A program made the translations under genes and the position numbers. The notes below the pieces were generated by a model. It was not told where the DNA came from and made no database searches. It was given only the letters and a program-made list of their open reading frames with translations. Below, in pieces: positions 36,128 through 46,123 of a stretch of 64,000 bases of DNA. Position 1 is the first letter of the stretch; each line of letters begins with the position of its first letter. Source of the stretch: Candidatus Woesearchaeota archaeon. GTDB lineage: Archaea; Nanobdellota; Nanobdellia; Woesearchaeales; GW2011-AR9. The stretch lies in the NCBI GenBank assembly GCA_018676855.1, contig JABHDY010000004.1, forward strand, positions 28,972 to 92,971, in the 5' to 3' direction.

Positions 36128-36514
36128 TTATTCAACATTACTTTGTCGATGAATTCGACCAAAGTATGGTACTGCAACAACGTAATCTTCGCCAAAGCCA
36201 GCAATATCGCCGTCAATTGCATCGCACGTTTTTCGCAGTTTAGAAATTGCACGTTTTAATTCAACAAGATCTTTGTCTTTAAGAGGCTTGATATTTATCA
36301 ATGCAACTGTTGACCCTTCACGAAGAACGTCAAGAACCTCTTTAATATCTTCAAACTCTTCCATTACGAATGGTCGTACAAGAACCTTAGACCGGTCCTC
36401 TTTCTGTGACTCTGAATCGAGTTCTACATACTCTTCTGGCTGCTGTTCAAGGTTTTCCTCCTCGTCCATTGGCCGAGCAAATTTGTCTTTTAATTGTAAA
36501 AAAAAATCCTTCAT
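36128..36514 (-). CDS. sepF: Cell division protein SepF (FtsZ-interacting, DUF552).
   Basis: The C-terminal domain reads VRPFVMEEFEDIKEVLDVLREGSTVALINIKPLKDKDLVELKRAISKLRKTCDAIDGDIAGFGEDYVVAVP. This matches the SepF core (E..EDxxxIxxxLRxGxxVxLNLxxLD...RxxDFLxGxxYALDGxIxxIxxxVxLxxP). The N-terminal region is acidic. Confidence 0.75.
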   Translation of the reverse strand: MKDFFLQLKDKFARPMDEEENLEQQPEEYVELDSESQKEDRSKVLVRPFVMEEFEDIKEVLDVLREGSTVALINIKPLKDKDLVELKRAISKLRKTCDAIDGDIAGFGEDYVVAVPYFGRIHRQSNVE

Positions 36515-36677
36515 TTTGACACCCTCACGTTTTGATTATGATAAAAATGCTCCGTTTTATTTCGCATTTTTAGCATGCAAAATTTCACCCTGAAATTTTC
36601 TGCATGACTACTTTAAAGATACACGCCCTCATATATAAATCTTTTTATTATCGTAAATAAAGCCTGCAGACATCACA

Positions 36678-38099
36678 TTATTTGTTAACAAGGTTGAAAA
36701 TGTTTGAATACGATTTTCTCCGTTTCCTTCCCCGCTTATACTCTAATGTTGCTCGCGGTAACCTAAACGTCCCCAAAATGTTAAGTTTTGCTTTAATTTT
36801 GTACGTAATAAGGCGATGTTCATGAACGTCCAGTTCTGCAAGTGACCATATAACCCGTGTATGTTTCTTTGTATGATGAACAGCCTTTGGTTGTAATGTT
36901 CCAAGTTCAAGACTCTTTTTAACATTTGCAATTGCAGGAACAAAATCTGTTATATGGACATCTTTTATAGCTTTTGACGATGTATTCTTTACTTCTATTG
37001 TAACTTTAATTTCAGAGAGTATTCCCTCACCATCTTTTTTTGTTGTTATAGCGGTCTTGCGAAGAGATACTGGAGATCGAACAGCCATATAAAATATAAA
37101 CGTAACAAGGATGATAATTGCAAGGTATAATAACCACCTATAATTTGTAATTACTTGAAATGATCCCGTTTCGTTTGGCCGTAACGAAAATTCTTGCATG
37201 ATAACACGTTCATCATTTTCATTCTTTCCAATGTCAACACCCGCAGTAAATAATGATCCTATAAATGAAACGGGTAATTCTGCAACTTGTGTATTAAGAA
37301 CGTTACCAGGATTCGTAACTGAAACAAACTTAAACGTTTTTAAGAAAATTGTATCTTCTTCAACAGAAACGTCAAACGGTGGAACTACAGACAATACTTC
37401 AATTCGTTGTTCAACAACCTTTGCTGTTTGGCCGTCACGTTCAAACACAAAAAATAATGTATATTTTTTTGGTTGTTGAAATTCGTTAGGGATAATTGTA
37501 AAGTCAACAGTTTTTCTTCCAAGAGGCGGCAAATCAACTATAACTTCTTGAACAAATTCAGGAATGTCACTTTGTATACGTATTTTCAATCCTTTAAGGT
37601 CAAGAGGATTTTTATTTTCAATAAATAATGTTATAGGAACAGGATTTTGTGGAATTATTTTTTCGTCCATATCAACAGTTGCACTTATTGAAGGAAGGTA
37701 ATCTGTGGGAGATTCTGGACTAAGGTACACTTTTAATGCTTCCGTGTACCTTTCACCAAGATCACTTTCTATGGTAACTGAAACATAATAAATTCCTGGC
37801 GGAAAATCTTCGTTTGGTCGAGCATGAATAGTTGTTGTATATGAACCCTTAGCACCAATTTCAATAATTCTATCTTTTAATGGTGAGGGATCAACGCCCC
37901 AACCCTGAACAAAAGAATAGACACTATACCTTTGCTTTTCAAATTCATTATTGGTAATAGTAATTTTATATTGTGCATTTTCGCTAGGTTTAATTTGATT
38001 TTGGATAACTTCAGCATTAATTGTAGAGTCAGCAAGAGTTAGAACTGAAAAGAAACATAATACGAATATGAACATTACTATAAACGATTTTAACTGCAC
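36678..38099 (-). CDS. Bitopic membrane protein, 473 aa. It has a signal peptide, a beta-rich extracellular domain (CARDB/DUF11-like pattern), a TM helix and a ~130-aa basic cytoplasmic tail. It lies immediately upstream of sepF.
   Basis: The signal reads MQLKSFIVMFIFVLCFFSVLTLA. The TM helix WLLYLAIIILVTFIFYMAV sits at about aa 320. The C-terminal tail is Lys/Arg-rich. Confidence 0.6.
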   Translation of the reverse strand: MQLKSFIVMFIFVLCFFSVLTLADSTINAEVIQNQIKPSENAQYKITITNNEFEKQRYSVYSFVQGWGVDPSPLKDRIIEIGAKGSYTTTIHARPNEDFPPGIYYVSVTIESDLGERYTEALKVYLSPESPTDYLPSISATVDMDEKIIPQNPVPITLFIENKNPLDLKGLKIRIQSDIPEFVQEVIVDLPPLGRKTVDFTIIPNEFQQPKKYTLFFVFERDGQTAKVVEQRIEVLSVVPPFDVSVEEDTIFLKTFKFVSVTNPGNVLNTQVAELPVSFIGSLFTAGVDIGKNENDERVIMQEFSLRPNETGSFQVITNYRWLLYLAIIILVTFIFYMAVRSPVSLRKTAITTKKDGEGILSEIKVTIEVKNTSSKAIKDVHITDFVPAIANVKKSLELGTLQPKAVHHTKKHTRVIWSLAELDVHEHRLITYKIKAKLNILGTFRLPRATLEYKRGRKRRKSYSNIFNLVNK

Positions 38100-38233
38100 T
38101 ATTATCCACCTCTCACCTATGAGAAAATAAAATACTCTAGTATTTAAAATCTTCGCTTTGTGTTTGCTACCAAATACAAAACATTTATATATTATGTTTT
38201 TTTAGTTAGTCTTAAGTTCGAGGAAAAAAAAAG

Positions 38234-38794
38234 ATGGTTGAAGAAAGTATTTTCAGAGGTGTAATAGACTTTTTCGGAAAGATTGGTATCTACGATGTCA
38301 TCTTACCGTTCCTTCTAGTGTTTACAATAGTCTTTGCAATCTTTGAAAAAACAAAAATTCTTGGCGTTGAAAAGATTGATGGAAAAGAATATACAAAGAA
38401 AAATATTAATTCTATCGTTGCATTCATTGTTGCGTTACTTGTCGTTGCATCAACACAGCTTGTAAGTGTAATTAATGAAGTAATGGCAAACGTTGTTTTA
38501 TTATTAATATTAGCAGTGTGCTTCCTTCTCCTTGTTGGCGTGTTCTTTAAAGATAATGAATTTTCGCTTGAAAAAATGCCAGGATGGACAAAGTTCTTCA
38601 TGGTAGTTATGTTCATTGCAATTATTGTTATCTTTCTTAACGCGCTTGACTGGTTCCAATACATCTTTGCACTGTTTGTTTTCTGGGATGCAACATGGGC
38701 AGCAGCAATAATCTTCGTACTTGTCATGTTAGGTTTCATGTGGTTTATAACAAAAGATAACGTTCCAAAATCAAAGGGAGATAAAAAAGAATGA
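38234..38794 (+). CDS. Polytopic membrane protein, paralogue 1 of 3 (~5 TM helices).
   Basis: It shares the N-terminal motif GIYDVILPFLLVFTIVFAIF with the next two genes and has multiple hydrophobic helices. The antisense ORF 38290..38811 is rejected. Confidence 0.55.
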   Translation: MVEESIFRGVIDFFGKIGIYDVILPFLLVFTIVFAIFEKTKILGVEKIDGKEYTKKNINSIVAFIVALLVVASTQLVSVINEVMANVVLLLILAVCFLLLVGVFFKDNEFSLEKMPGWTKFFMVVMFIAIIVIFLNALDWFQYIFALFVFWDATWAAAIIFVLVMLGFMWFITKDNVPKSKGDKKE

Positions 38795-38816
38795 GTAATA
38801 TATTGTTTCAAATGAG

Positions 38817-39407
38817 GTGGTTTTCATAATGGTAGGCGCAGGTATTTCAACACTTACAACATATTTTCAAACATACGGAGTAATGGATTTCATATTACCA
38901 TTCCTTCTTGTGTTTACAATAATTTTTGCCGTAACGGCATTCGTTCCTTTATTTAAGGACCATAAAAATTTTAGAGTAGTTATTGCACTGATATTAGGAT
39001 TAATTTTTGTAGCTCCGCACGTCATGGGCACGTATCCGTTAGGATACGATCCTGTTCAAGTAATGAATGAAGCAATTCCAAGCATTTCATTGGTCGCGGT
39101 TGCCGCAGTAATGTTACTTCTTTTAATGGGAATCTTTGGAACAGACTTTTCAAAGAAAGCTGCACCCGTAATCGCAATTGCATCAATTGGTTTTATCTTT
39201 TACATCTTTGGTGCATCACTTAACTTCTGGACAGGACCGTACGATGCATTTTCATGGTGGACAGAAGAAGCCACGGAACTCCTTATTATCATCCTTGCGT
39301 TTGGTGTAGTTGTATGGTTAATTACAAAAGAACCTAGTAAAGGAAAGGGTATGGACTCAATCAAAAACATTGGAAAATGGGTTGGAGACTTTTTTGAGAA
39401 GAAATAA
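38817..39407 (+). CDS. Polytopic membrane protein, paralogue 2 of 3.
   Basis: The shared motif reads GVMDFILPFLLVFTIIFAV. It has 196 aa with ~5 TM helices. The gap to paralogue 1 is 22 nt. Confidence 0.55.
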   Translation: MVFIMVGAGISTLTTYFQTYGVMDFILPFLLVFTIIFAVTAFVPLFKDHKNFRVVIALILGLIFVAPHVMGTYPLGYDPVQVMNEAIPSISLVAVAAVMLLLLMGIFGTDFSKKAAPVIAIASIGFIFYIFGASLNFWTGPYDAFSWWTEEATELLIIILAFGVVVWLITKEPSKGKGMDSIKNIGKWVGDFFEKK

Positions 39408-39420
39408 GTTTTGATACACA

Positions 39421-39987
39421 ATGGCAACAGTATTAGATATTAGTTTGTTCCAATCGTTCAGTTCACTATTTCCAATACTGTTTGTTTTTGCAATTGTCCT
39501 TGGATTATTACAAAAAATTAAGCCGCTAGGTGATTCTGTTGCACTTAATTCCATTATTGCTGTTGCAATAGCATTAATGTCGTTATTATCAGATACACTT
39601 ATACAAGTTATCAACTTTATGATTCCATGGTTTGTTATTGTATTTATATTTTTTATTCTTATGTTACTTATTTTCCAAATATTTGGGGCAAGTGAAAAAG
39701 ATATATTTTCATACCTTAAAGGAGATAAAAGTATATCATGGGTCATTATTGGTATAAGTTTGATCATTCTCTTTGCAGCAATAGGAAACGTTTTTGGTCA
39801 AAGTATTGGTCCGTACTTAGACGAAGCAGGTAATGAAACAGTTATTGGTGGAGAAGCAAGTGTGGCTACGGGAAGTTTTGAACAGAATATCTTTGCAACA
39901 ATGTTTCATCCGAAAGTTCTTGGATTTGGCGTTATATTTATCATTATGATATTTGCCATTGCATTACTTACCGGTTCTCAAGATTAA
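39421..39987 (+). CDS. Polytopic membrane protein, paralogue 3 of 3.
   Basis: The shared motif is degenerate here (SSLFPILFVFAIVLGLL). It has 188 aa with ~5 TM helices. The gap to paralogue 2 is 13 nt. Confidence 0.55.
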   Translation: MATVLDISLFQSFSSLFPILFVFAIVLGLLQKIKPLGDSVALNSIIAVAIALMSLLSDTLIQVINFMIPWFVIVFIFFILMLLIFQIFGASEKDIFSYLKGDKSISWVIIGISLIILFAAIGNVFGQSIGPYLDEAGNETVIGGEASVATGSFEQNIFATMFHPKVLGFGVIFIIMIFAIALLTGSQD

Positions 39988-40023
39988 TAATAATAATAAT
40001 TCTAGAAAAAGAAAATTAATACT

Positions 40024-40557
40024 TTATTTTTTTCGTACGTTTTCGGTTATTCCCTTAAGCTCTTTAACGTTTTCAACAAATTCTGGAACAACGTCCTTAA
40101 ACACTTTACCAACGGCTTTAAGTTCCGTACCGACATCAATCATACGTTTATCATACTCTTCAACCTTACCTAGTACACCCTGATGTAACGTTTTAAAATC
40201 TTCTTTAAGTTTCTCAACATCATTATTAAGTTTTGATTGCATTGATTCAACACGTTCTTTCCATTCAATAATCTTACGAACTTCTGCAATAAGATCGTCC
40301 CACTTTTCATCAACTATACTTTCTGTAATACTTTCAATCCTCTCATAAATATTTCCCTCTGATGAAGGTGCTGATGAAGGCATCCCAGAAAATGAACCGT
40401 TAGGAGACGGTGGTGCTGATGCGCCAGTGTCCATGTGTGAAAGTGCCGTATGAATCTGTTCCTGAGTATATCCTCTCTTTGTCAGTTCATCCATAATAAT
40501 ATTATCAGTTAAACCCTGATTCCGTAATTCCATAATGTCTGATGTTGGATCTGCCAT
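40024..40557 (-). CDS. Coiled-coil protein, 177 aa, with an N-terminal small helical domain and a Ser/Pro-rich linker.
   Basis: The N-terminus reads MADPTSDIMELRNQGLTDNIIMDELTKRGYTQEQIHTALSHM, a UBA-like three-helix pattern. The linker reads GASAPPSPNGSFSGMPSSAPSS. A long heptad coiled coil follows. Confidence 0.5.
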   Translation of the reverse strand: MADPTSDIMELRNQGLTDNIIMDELTKRGYTQEQIHTALSHMDTGASAPPSPNGSFSGMPSSAPSSEGNIYERIESITESIVDEKWDDLIAEVRKIIEWKERVESMQSKLNNDVEKLKEDFKTLHQGVLGKVEEYDKRMIDVGTELKAVGKVFKDVVPEFVENVKELKGITENVRKK

Positions 40558-40599
40558 ATATCTATCACCTACTTTTGTATTATCATACTGTTACTATAT

Positions 40600-40980
40600 T
40601 TATTTCTTTTGTTTTGTTATATGAAGTCGTGCATCAATTGCACGTTCTAAATCTCGTTGCGTTACAAAATTCATGGGACTCCACAAATCTACATATTTTT
40701 TTAACACTTGTACTTCTTCATATCCAGCAGTCATTTTAAGTTCTTTAATGATAATGTCCATTTTTTGTAATGATTGATCTTGCGATCGTTTAAATTCTAA
40801 CACGTCATCACTTAACACTTTTAATTCTTTTGTAAGACTAAGATTTTTTCGTACAAAATCGTTCTTAAGGACGTCAAGTTCCCTAAGCAAATTGTTTACC
40901 TTACCCTCTAGCGATTTTACCCATACATACAACTTTGCAGGGTCAAACGCTGAATCTTGTTGTACTGGTTGCTGTTCCAT
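40600..40980 (-). CDS. Coiled-coil protein, 126 aa.
   Basis: It shows a continuous heptad pattern (LRELDVLKNDFVRKNLSLTKELKVLSDDVLEFKR...). It is co-directional with 40024..40557. Confidence 0.45.
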   Translation of the reverse strand: MEQQPVQQDSAFDPAKLYVWVKSLEGKVNNLLRELDVLKNDFVRKNLSLTKELKVLSDDVLEFKRSQDQSLQKMDIIIKELKMTAGYEEVQVLKKYVDLWSPMNFVTQRDLERAIDARLHITKQKK

Positions 40981-41129
40981 AGTCTCAGTTATATGAAAGA
41001 GAATATAATAAACTTATGTGAGTATTGTATAATGGTAAAGAATGTGTGGAGTAAGAATGTGCATGTGCGAGATATTACGTGAAAAAAATTATTTAAGATG
41101 ATATTCAGTTTTATAATGTCCAACAAAAA

Positions 41130-41396
41130 TCAAACCCATGTATAGGCTTCTAATGATTCAAACTCACCTTTTCTGTCAAGGATAACTGTACCTTTATCAT
41201 CACCAATCATTACTTGTACATGCCATCCGTCCTGTTTAAGGATGATTTGGTGTACAACGACAGGTTCTTCAATACCAATCTGATTGATAAGGTACGTCGT
41301 TGCAATACCGCCAGCTTCCGCCTGCGTAATATCTTTTACACAGCCAGTAAGAAGAATTAATGAGAAAATGACCAATGCAAACATTATTTTTTTCAT
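41130..41396 (-). CDS. Small secreted lipoprotein-like protein, 88 aa.
   Basis: The signal with lipobox LTGC reads MKKIMFALVIFSLILLTGCVKD. A small beta-rich domain follows (PepSY-like pattern). Confidence 0.45.
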   Translation of the reverse strand: MKKIMFALVIFSLILLTGCVKDITQAEAGGIATTYLINQIGIEEPVVVHQIILKQDGWHVQVMIGDDKGTVILDRKGEFESLEAYTWV

Positions 41397-41500
41397 AATT
41401 GTACTTGAAACTCAGAGGATACTTAAATAGTTTTTGGAATCAAGTCTCCAAACCACAGAAAATATAATAAACAACAACGTACTCTTATCATAAATAAAAG

Positions 41501-43795
41501 ATGGTGCAAGAAAAAATATTGAAATGTTTTGACTATGAAACATATCATGAAGGAGAGAATAAAGTACTGAAAGTATCGTTAGAAAAATGTACATTTCCAC
41601 CATCGATTGAGTATAGTGGCGTATGTATGAGTAAAGTTATTGATGCGCTAATCGCAAATTCTGGCATAACAATTATCATTTTAACACAATTACGAGAATA
41701 TGAATATGATTTTGCACAAACTTCTATCCTGAACGAAATTGCTGCTGTCTACAAAAAATTAAATAGGGATGAACGACAAGCACATTCTCGTATTGTAACG
41801 GATCCACAACATGAACGGTACATACGTGGAAGTTATGCACAATTTCAACGACTTATTTCTAAACAGTTAAAGGAAGATCCACTTTCAGCGTTCGTTGAAC
41901 TGAAACGTCTTGAACGTCGAGAAAAAGCAAAATTGGACGCACTTATTGATGAACGACATTCACAAAGTCAACAAATATTTTTACAGATTATGCAAGAAGC
42001 TATCGCAATTATTGAACATACAACGCTTATCAGAACACTTATGCCACACACGCACGAGTATGATCTTGGAACGAGGCAAATATATCAAAATGTACTCAAT
42101 CCAACAACAAAACCCGATTTTATGTATACAAAAGTAATTACAGAATTTCCTGAAGGAAATTTTGAAGAAAGTTATAATTTTATGTCTGGAGAGGATACTA
42201 TTCAAGTTAACATATTTAGTTTCAATGATGAGATTAAAGTTATGTATCATATAACACCGCCAGAATTTCGTTTCACGGAAGAAGAATATGGACTTCTTGA
42301 CAATGCAAAACGTATCTTGGCAGAACATAAACCTACACGGGAAGAGTTTGTTGACCCAGAACGTATGCGTGAAGTGTTCCTTAATATTGGAAGGGATTTG
42401 TTAAAAGATTTGGTACAACATAATAATAGTATGGTAACAGATTCTAAAGTTGACCAACTTGCACATGCACTCCTTCGATACACGGTTGGGTTTGGATTAA
42501 TAGAACTGTTGTTAGCAGACCCTAAAGTTCAAGACGTTAACATTAACTCTCCAAATGGTGAGCTCCCAATATTTATTGTTCATCAAGATTATGGTGATTG
42601 TTATACGAACGTATATCCAACACATGCAGAAGTTGAAAGTTGGGCAACCAAATTACGACTTATTTCAGGACGGCCGTTAGATGAAGCTAACCCCATACTA
42701 GATACAGAACTTAAAGTTGTTGGGTTCAGTTCAAGGGTATCAACAATAACTGCTCCTTTAAGTCCAACGGGCTTAGCATTTTCGTTTAGAAGGCACAGAG
42801 ATTTTCCATGGACATTTCCATTATATTCACAATCAAAAATACGGTACATGGATTCAATGGCTGCAGGATTGTTAAGTTTTGTCATCGATAATAATGCAGC
42901 AATATTAGTTGCAGGGACACGGTCAAGCGGTAAAACGTCACTACTTGGATCGTTCTTAACAGAAATTATGCGTAAAACTCGTATAATTACAATTGAAGAT
43001 ACGTTTGAACTTCCACAAGAATCTATGCGTAAATTAGGGTATAACATTGAATCGTTAAAAGTAGCGTCTGCATTATCATCGCCGGGATCAGAAGTTGATC
43101 CGTCAATTGGTATACGGTCAACGTTACGTATGGGCGACTCCGCAATATTTGTTGGTGAGGTACGAAGTAAAGAAGCAATTGCATTATTTGAAGCAATGCG
43201 TGTTGGTGCTGCAGCGAACGTTGTTGCGGGAACCATTCATGCAGATTCTCCCTACGGCGTGTATGATAGAGTTGTTAATGATATTGGCGTACCAAAAACG
43301 TCATTTAAAGCTATTGATATTATTGTAACTACAAATCCGGTCATTTCTGGTCTTAAAAAGTATAAACGGATTCTTCGTATAACAGAAGTTCGTAAAGAAT
43401 GGGACGAAGATCCATTAAAAGAGGGAGCCTTTGTTGATTTAATGGTATATAATCCTAAAACTGATAAACTTGAAATTACTGATGAACTTAAGAACGGCAA
43501 TTCAGTTATCCTTAAACGTATGGCGGGAAAAGTGAAGGAATTTGCTGGTGATTGGAGTGCTGTCTGGGACAATATTGAATTACGGGCAAAATGTAAACAA
43601 GCAATTGTTGACATTGCAGAAGAAGAAAAGAATGATTCAATTCTTGAAGCCGATTTTGTAACTAGGGCAAACGATGTATTTCATATAATTTCTGACAGAG
43701 TGAAAGATGCAGTAGGAACGCTTGATTCTCATAGAATATTTTTTGAATATAATGATTGGATACGTAAAGAAGTAAAGAAAAGGAAGATTGAGTGA
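41501..43795 (+). CDS. Type IV pilus/archaellum-family secretion ATPase (FlaI/GspE/VirB11 superfamily) with a ~450-aa N-terminal extension.
   Basis: The Walker A motif reads AGTRSSGKTSLL. The Asp box / Walker B motif reads IITIEDTFEL. A His box-like segment reads AANVVAGTIHADSPYGV. Total length is 764 aa. Confidence 0.85.
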   Translation: MVQEKILKCFDYETYHEGENKVLKVSLEKCTFPPSIEYSGVCMSKVIDALIANSGITIIILTQLREYEYDFAQTSILNEIAAVYKKLNRDERQAHSRIVTDPQHERYIRGSYAQFQRLISKQLKEDPLSAFVELKRLERREKAKLDALIDERHSQSQQIFLQIMQEAIAIIEHTTLIRTLMPHTHEYDLGTRQIYQNVLNPTTKPDFMYTKVITEFPEGNFEESYNFMSGEDTIQVNIFSFNDEIKVMYHITPPEFRFTEEEYGLLDNAKRILAEHKPTREEFVDPERMREVFLNIGRDLLKDLVQHNNSMVTDSKVDQLAHALLRYTVGFGLIELLLADPKVQDVNINSPNGELPIFIVHQDYGDCYTNVYPTHAEVESWATKLRLISGRPLDEANPILDTELKVVGFSSRVSTITAPLSPTGLAFSFRRHRDFPWTFPLYSQSKIRYMDSMAAGLLSFVIDNNAAILVAGTRSSGKTSLLGSFLTEIMRKTRIITIEDTFELPQESMRKLGYNIESLKVASALSSPGSEVDPSIGIRSTLRMGDSAIFVGEVRSKEAIALFEAMRVGAAANVVAGTIHADSPYGVYDRVVNDIGVPKTSFKAIDIIVTTNPVISGLKKYKRILRITEVRKEWDEDPLKEGAFVDLMVYNPKTDKLEITDELKNGNSVILKRMAGKVKEFAGDWSAVWDNIELRAKCKQAIVDIAEEEKNDSILEADFVTRANDVFHIISDRVKDAVGTLDSHRIFFEYNDWIRKEVKKRKIE

Positions 43796-43854
43796 GAGTA
43801 ACTTCGTCGCAATGTTTTTATACTCCATTCTATTAATCGTCACTGAGGCTATAG

Positions 43855-46071
43855 ATGGAACAGGACGAACTGCAACAACTACGTGAAAAGTATAAAGCGA
43901 AGATTAAAGAAGAGTTTGGTGAAGCGCCCGTGAAGGGTGTTGAAGTTTCTTCTCGTGAGTATACAGAATTTAAGCAAGAACTGTATCCAACACATTATTC
44001 GTTCTATGAAAAGATGTGCAATTTTTCTGAGAAATTATTAAAATTAAAAGTTAATCCAAAGAAAGCTGAAAAGTATCAAAAGTCTATCAAGACATGTCAT
44101 CTTAACGTAACGCCGTCAGGTGTAACGTCATTAGCAATTCTTACGGGAATACTCTTGATAGTTTTTGGAACATTGTTTCTTGCTGGTCTCCCAGTTCTTT
44201 TCGGTTCAGAACCATTACTTATCCTTATTTTGTTTGGTTTAATTGCAGGAATGGTTTCTATTCCTTTATTACAACGAGTTCCACATTTCATGGCAAACAC
44301 ATGGCGTATAAAAGCGTCAAGTCAAATGGTACAAAGCGTTTTTTATATGGTTACGTTTATGCGGCACACATCAAATTTGGAACGAGCAATAAAATTTGCT
44401 GCTGACCATCTTGAACCGCCAATTTCTCTTGATTTTAGAAAAATATTATGGGACGTGGAAACACAGAAGTATAGTACAATACGTGATTCAGCAAACGAAT
44501 ATCTTGAATCGTGGAAAGAATGGGACAAGGAATTTGTTGAAGCGTTTCATTTAATTGAATCGTCATTGTTTGAATCTGCTGAAGAACGACGATTAGCACT
44601 TCTTGACAAATCGCTTGACGTTATTTTAACGGGAACGTACGAAAACATGTTACATTATGCACATAATCTTAAATCGCCAATGACAATGTTGCACATGTTA
44701 GGTATTATCCTTCCAATATTAGGATTAGTTATTTTACCTTTAGTTGTTAGTTTTATGAGTTCAGGTTCAAATCCAATTATTATTTCGTTATACATTGCAC
44801 TACTGTATAATATAAGTATTCCAACAAGTGTCTATTTTCTTGGAAAAACTATTTTATCGAAACGTCCTGCTGGGTACGGTTCGACAGATATAAGTGAACA
44901 GAAAGGATTCAAGAAATTGCGGAACGTTAATATTCCTCTTGGAAAAAAATTTTCTATCGGTATCAATCCTGCATTTTTTGCAATAACTTTATTTTGTGTC
45001 GCTGCACTTATTGGATTTAGTCCTATAATTCTTCACAATTTAGGAACGGCAGATTTTGAAATTATTCCTGGAAAAGATATTAAAATGTTAGATTATGTGT
45101 GTCGACCATGTGAAGAGGGCATGCCAGCAAATTCGTGTGGAATAGAATGTGATGAAGATAAGAAGGTTGGACCCTACGGCATGGGCGCATCATTATTATC
45201 TCTCCTTATCATTGCTGGGCTTGGAGTTTCAATAGGACTATACTTTTCACTCCGATCAAAGAATGTTATTAAGATACGACAAAAAACTAAAGAGTTAGAG
45301 GACGAATTTTCATCTGCATTGTTCCAGTTAGGAAATAGGTTAGGTGACGGCATACCCGCAGAGATTGCGTTCGCTAAAGTTGCAGTAACCATGCAGGGAA
45401 CAACGTCTGGCGATTTCTTTACAGTTACAGAAAGAAACATGACAAGTCTTGGTATGGGCCTTGAACAAGCAATATTTGATAGTAAAGTTGGTGCACTTGT
45501 TAACTTTCCGTCAAAAGTTATTGAATCTTCAATGAAAGTCCTTATTGAAAGTGCAAAGAAAGGACCGTTAATTGCTGCACGAGCATTATTGTCAATGTCA
45601 CGGTACATTAAAGAGATTCATCGTGTTGAAGAACGTTTGAAAGATTTAATGTCAGACGTTATTTCTTCTATGAAATCACAGATTAAATTTTTAACGCCTG
45701 CCATTGCAGGTATAGTTATTGGTATAACGTCAATGATCTCAGGTATTTTAACAAAACTTACTGCACGGTTAGGTAGCATTACAAGTGGTGGTGATGGAAT
45801 TAGCGAAACGGGAGAGTTGTTAAGCATATTTGGTATTGGCATTCCCACATTTTATTTTCAGATAGTTGTAGGAATTTATATTGTACAGATAATTTATATC
45901 CTTACAGTGTTAAGTAACGGAATAGAAAATGGTTCTGATAAGCTTGGTGAGAGGTTCATGTTAGGAAAGAACTTAATTTCCAGTACGTTATTATATTGCT
46001 TTTTAGCGGGAGTTGTCATGATACTCTTTAACTTGTTTTCAAGTTCAATACTTACTGGCGCTTTAACATAG
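43855..46071 (+). CDS. FlaJ/TadC-like polytopic platform protein of a type IV pilus-like system (738 aa, duplicated T2SSF-like domains).
   Basis: It sits immediately downstream of the FlaI-like ATPase on the same strand. It has multiple TM helices and two cytoplasmic helical domains, typical of the FlaJ/GspF platform family. Confidence 0.7.
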   Translation: MEQDELQQLREKYKAKIKEEFGEAPVKGVEVSSREYTEFKQELYPTHYSFYEKMCNFSEKLLKLKVNPKKAEKYQKSIKTCHLNVTPSGVTSLAILTGILLIVFGTLFLAGLPVLFGSEPLLILILFGLIAGMVSIPLLQRVPHFMANTWRIKASSQMVQSVFYMVTFMRHTSNLERAIKFAADHLEPPISLDFRKILWDVETQKYSTIRDSANEYLESWKEWDKEFVEAFHLIESSLFESAEERRLALLDKSLDVILTGTYENMLHYAHNLKSPMTMLHMLGIILPILGLVILPLVVSFMSSGSNPIIISLYIALLYNISIPTSVYFLGKTILSKRPAGYGSTDISEQKGFKKLRNVNIPLGKKFSIGINPAFFAITLFCVAALIGFSPIILHNLGTADFEIIPGKDIKMLDYVCRPCEEGMPANSCGIECDEDKKVGPYGMGASLLSLLIIAGLGVSIGLYFSLRSKNVIKIRQKTKELEDEFSSALFQLGNRLGDGIPAEIAFAKVAVTMQGTTSGDFFTVTERNMTSLGMGLEQAIFDSKVGALVNFPSKVIESSMKVLIESAKKGPLIAARALLSMSRYIKEIHRVEERLKDLMSDVISSMKSQIKFLTPAIAGIVIGITSMISGILTKLTARLGSITSGGDGISETGELLSIFGIGIPTFYFQIVVGIYIVQIIYILTVLSNGIENGSDKLGERFMLGKNLISSTLLYCFLAGVVMILFNLFSSSILTGALT

Positions 46072-46123
46072 GGTAAATACCCTAAAAACATTTATAAACA
46101 CCTATTTAATTGAATGAGTAAAT

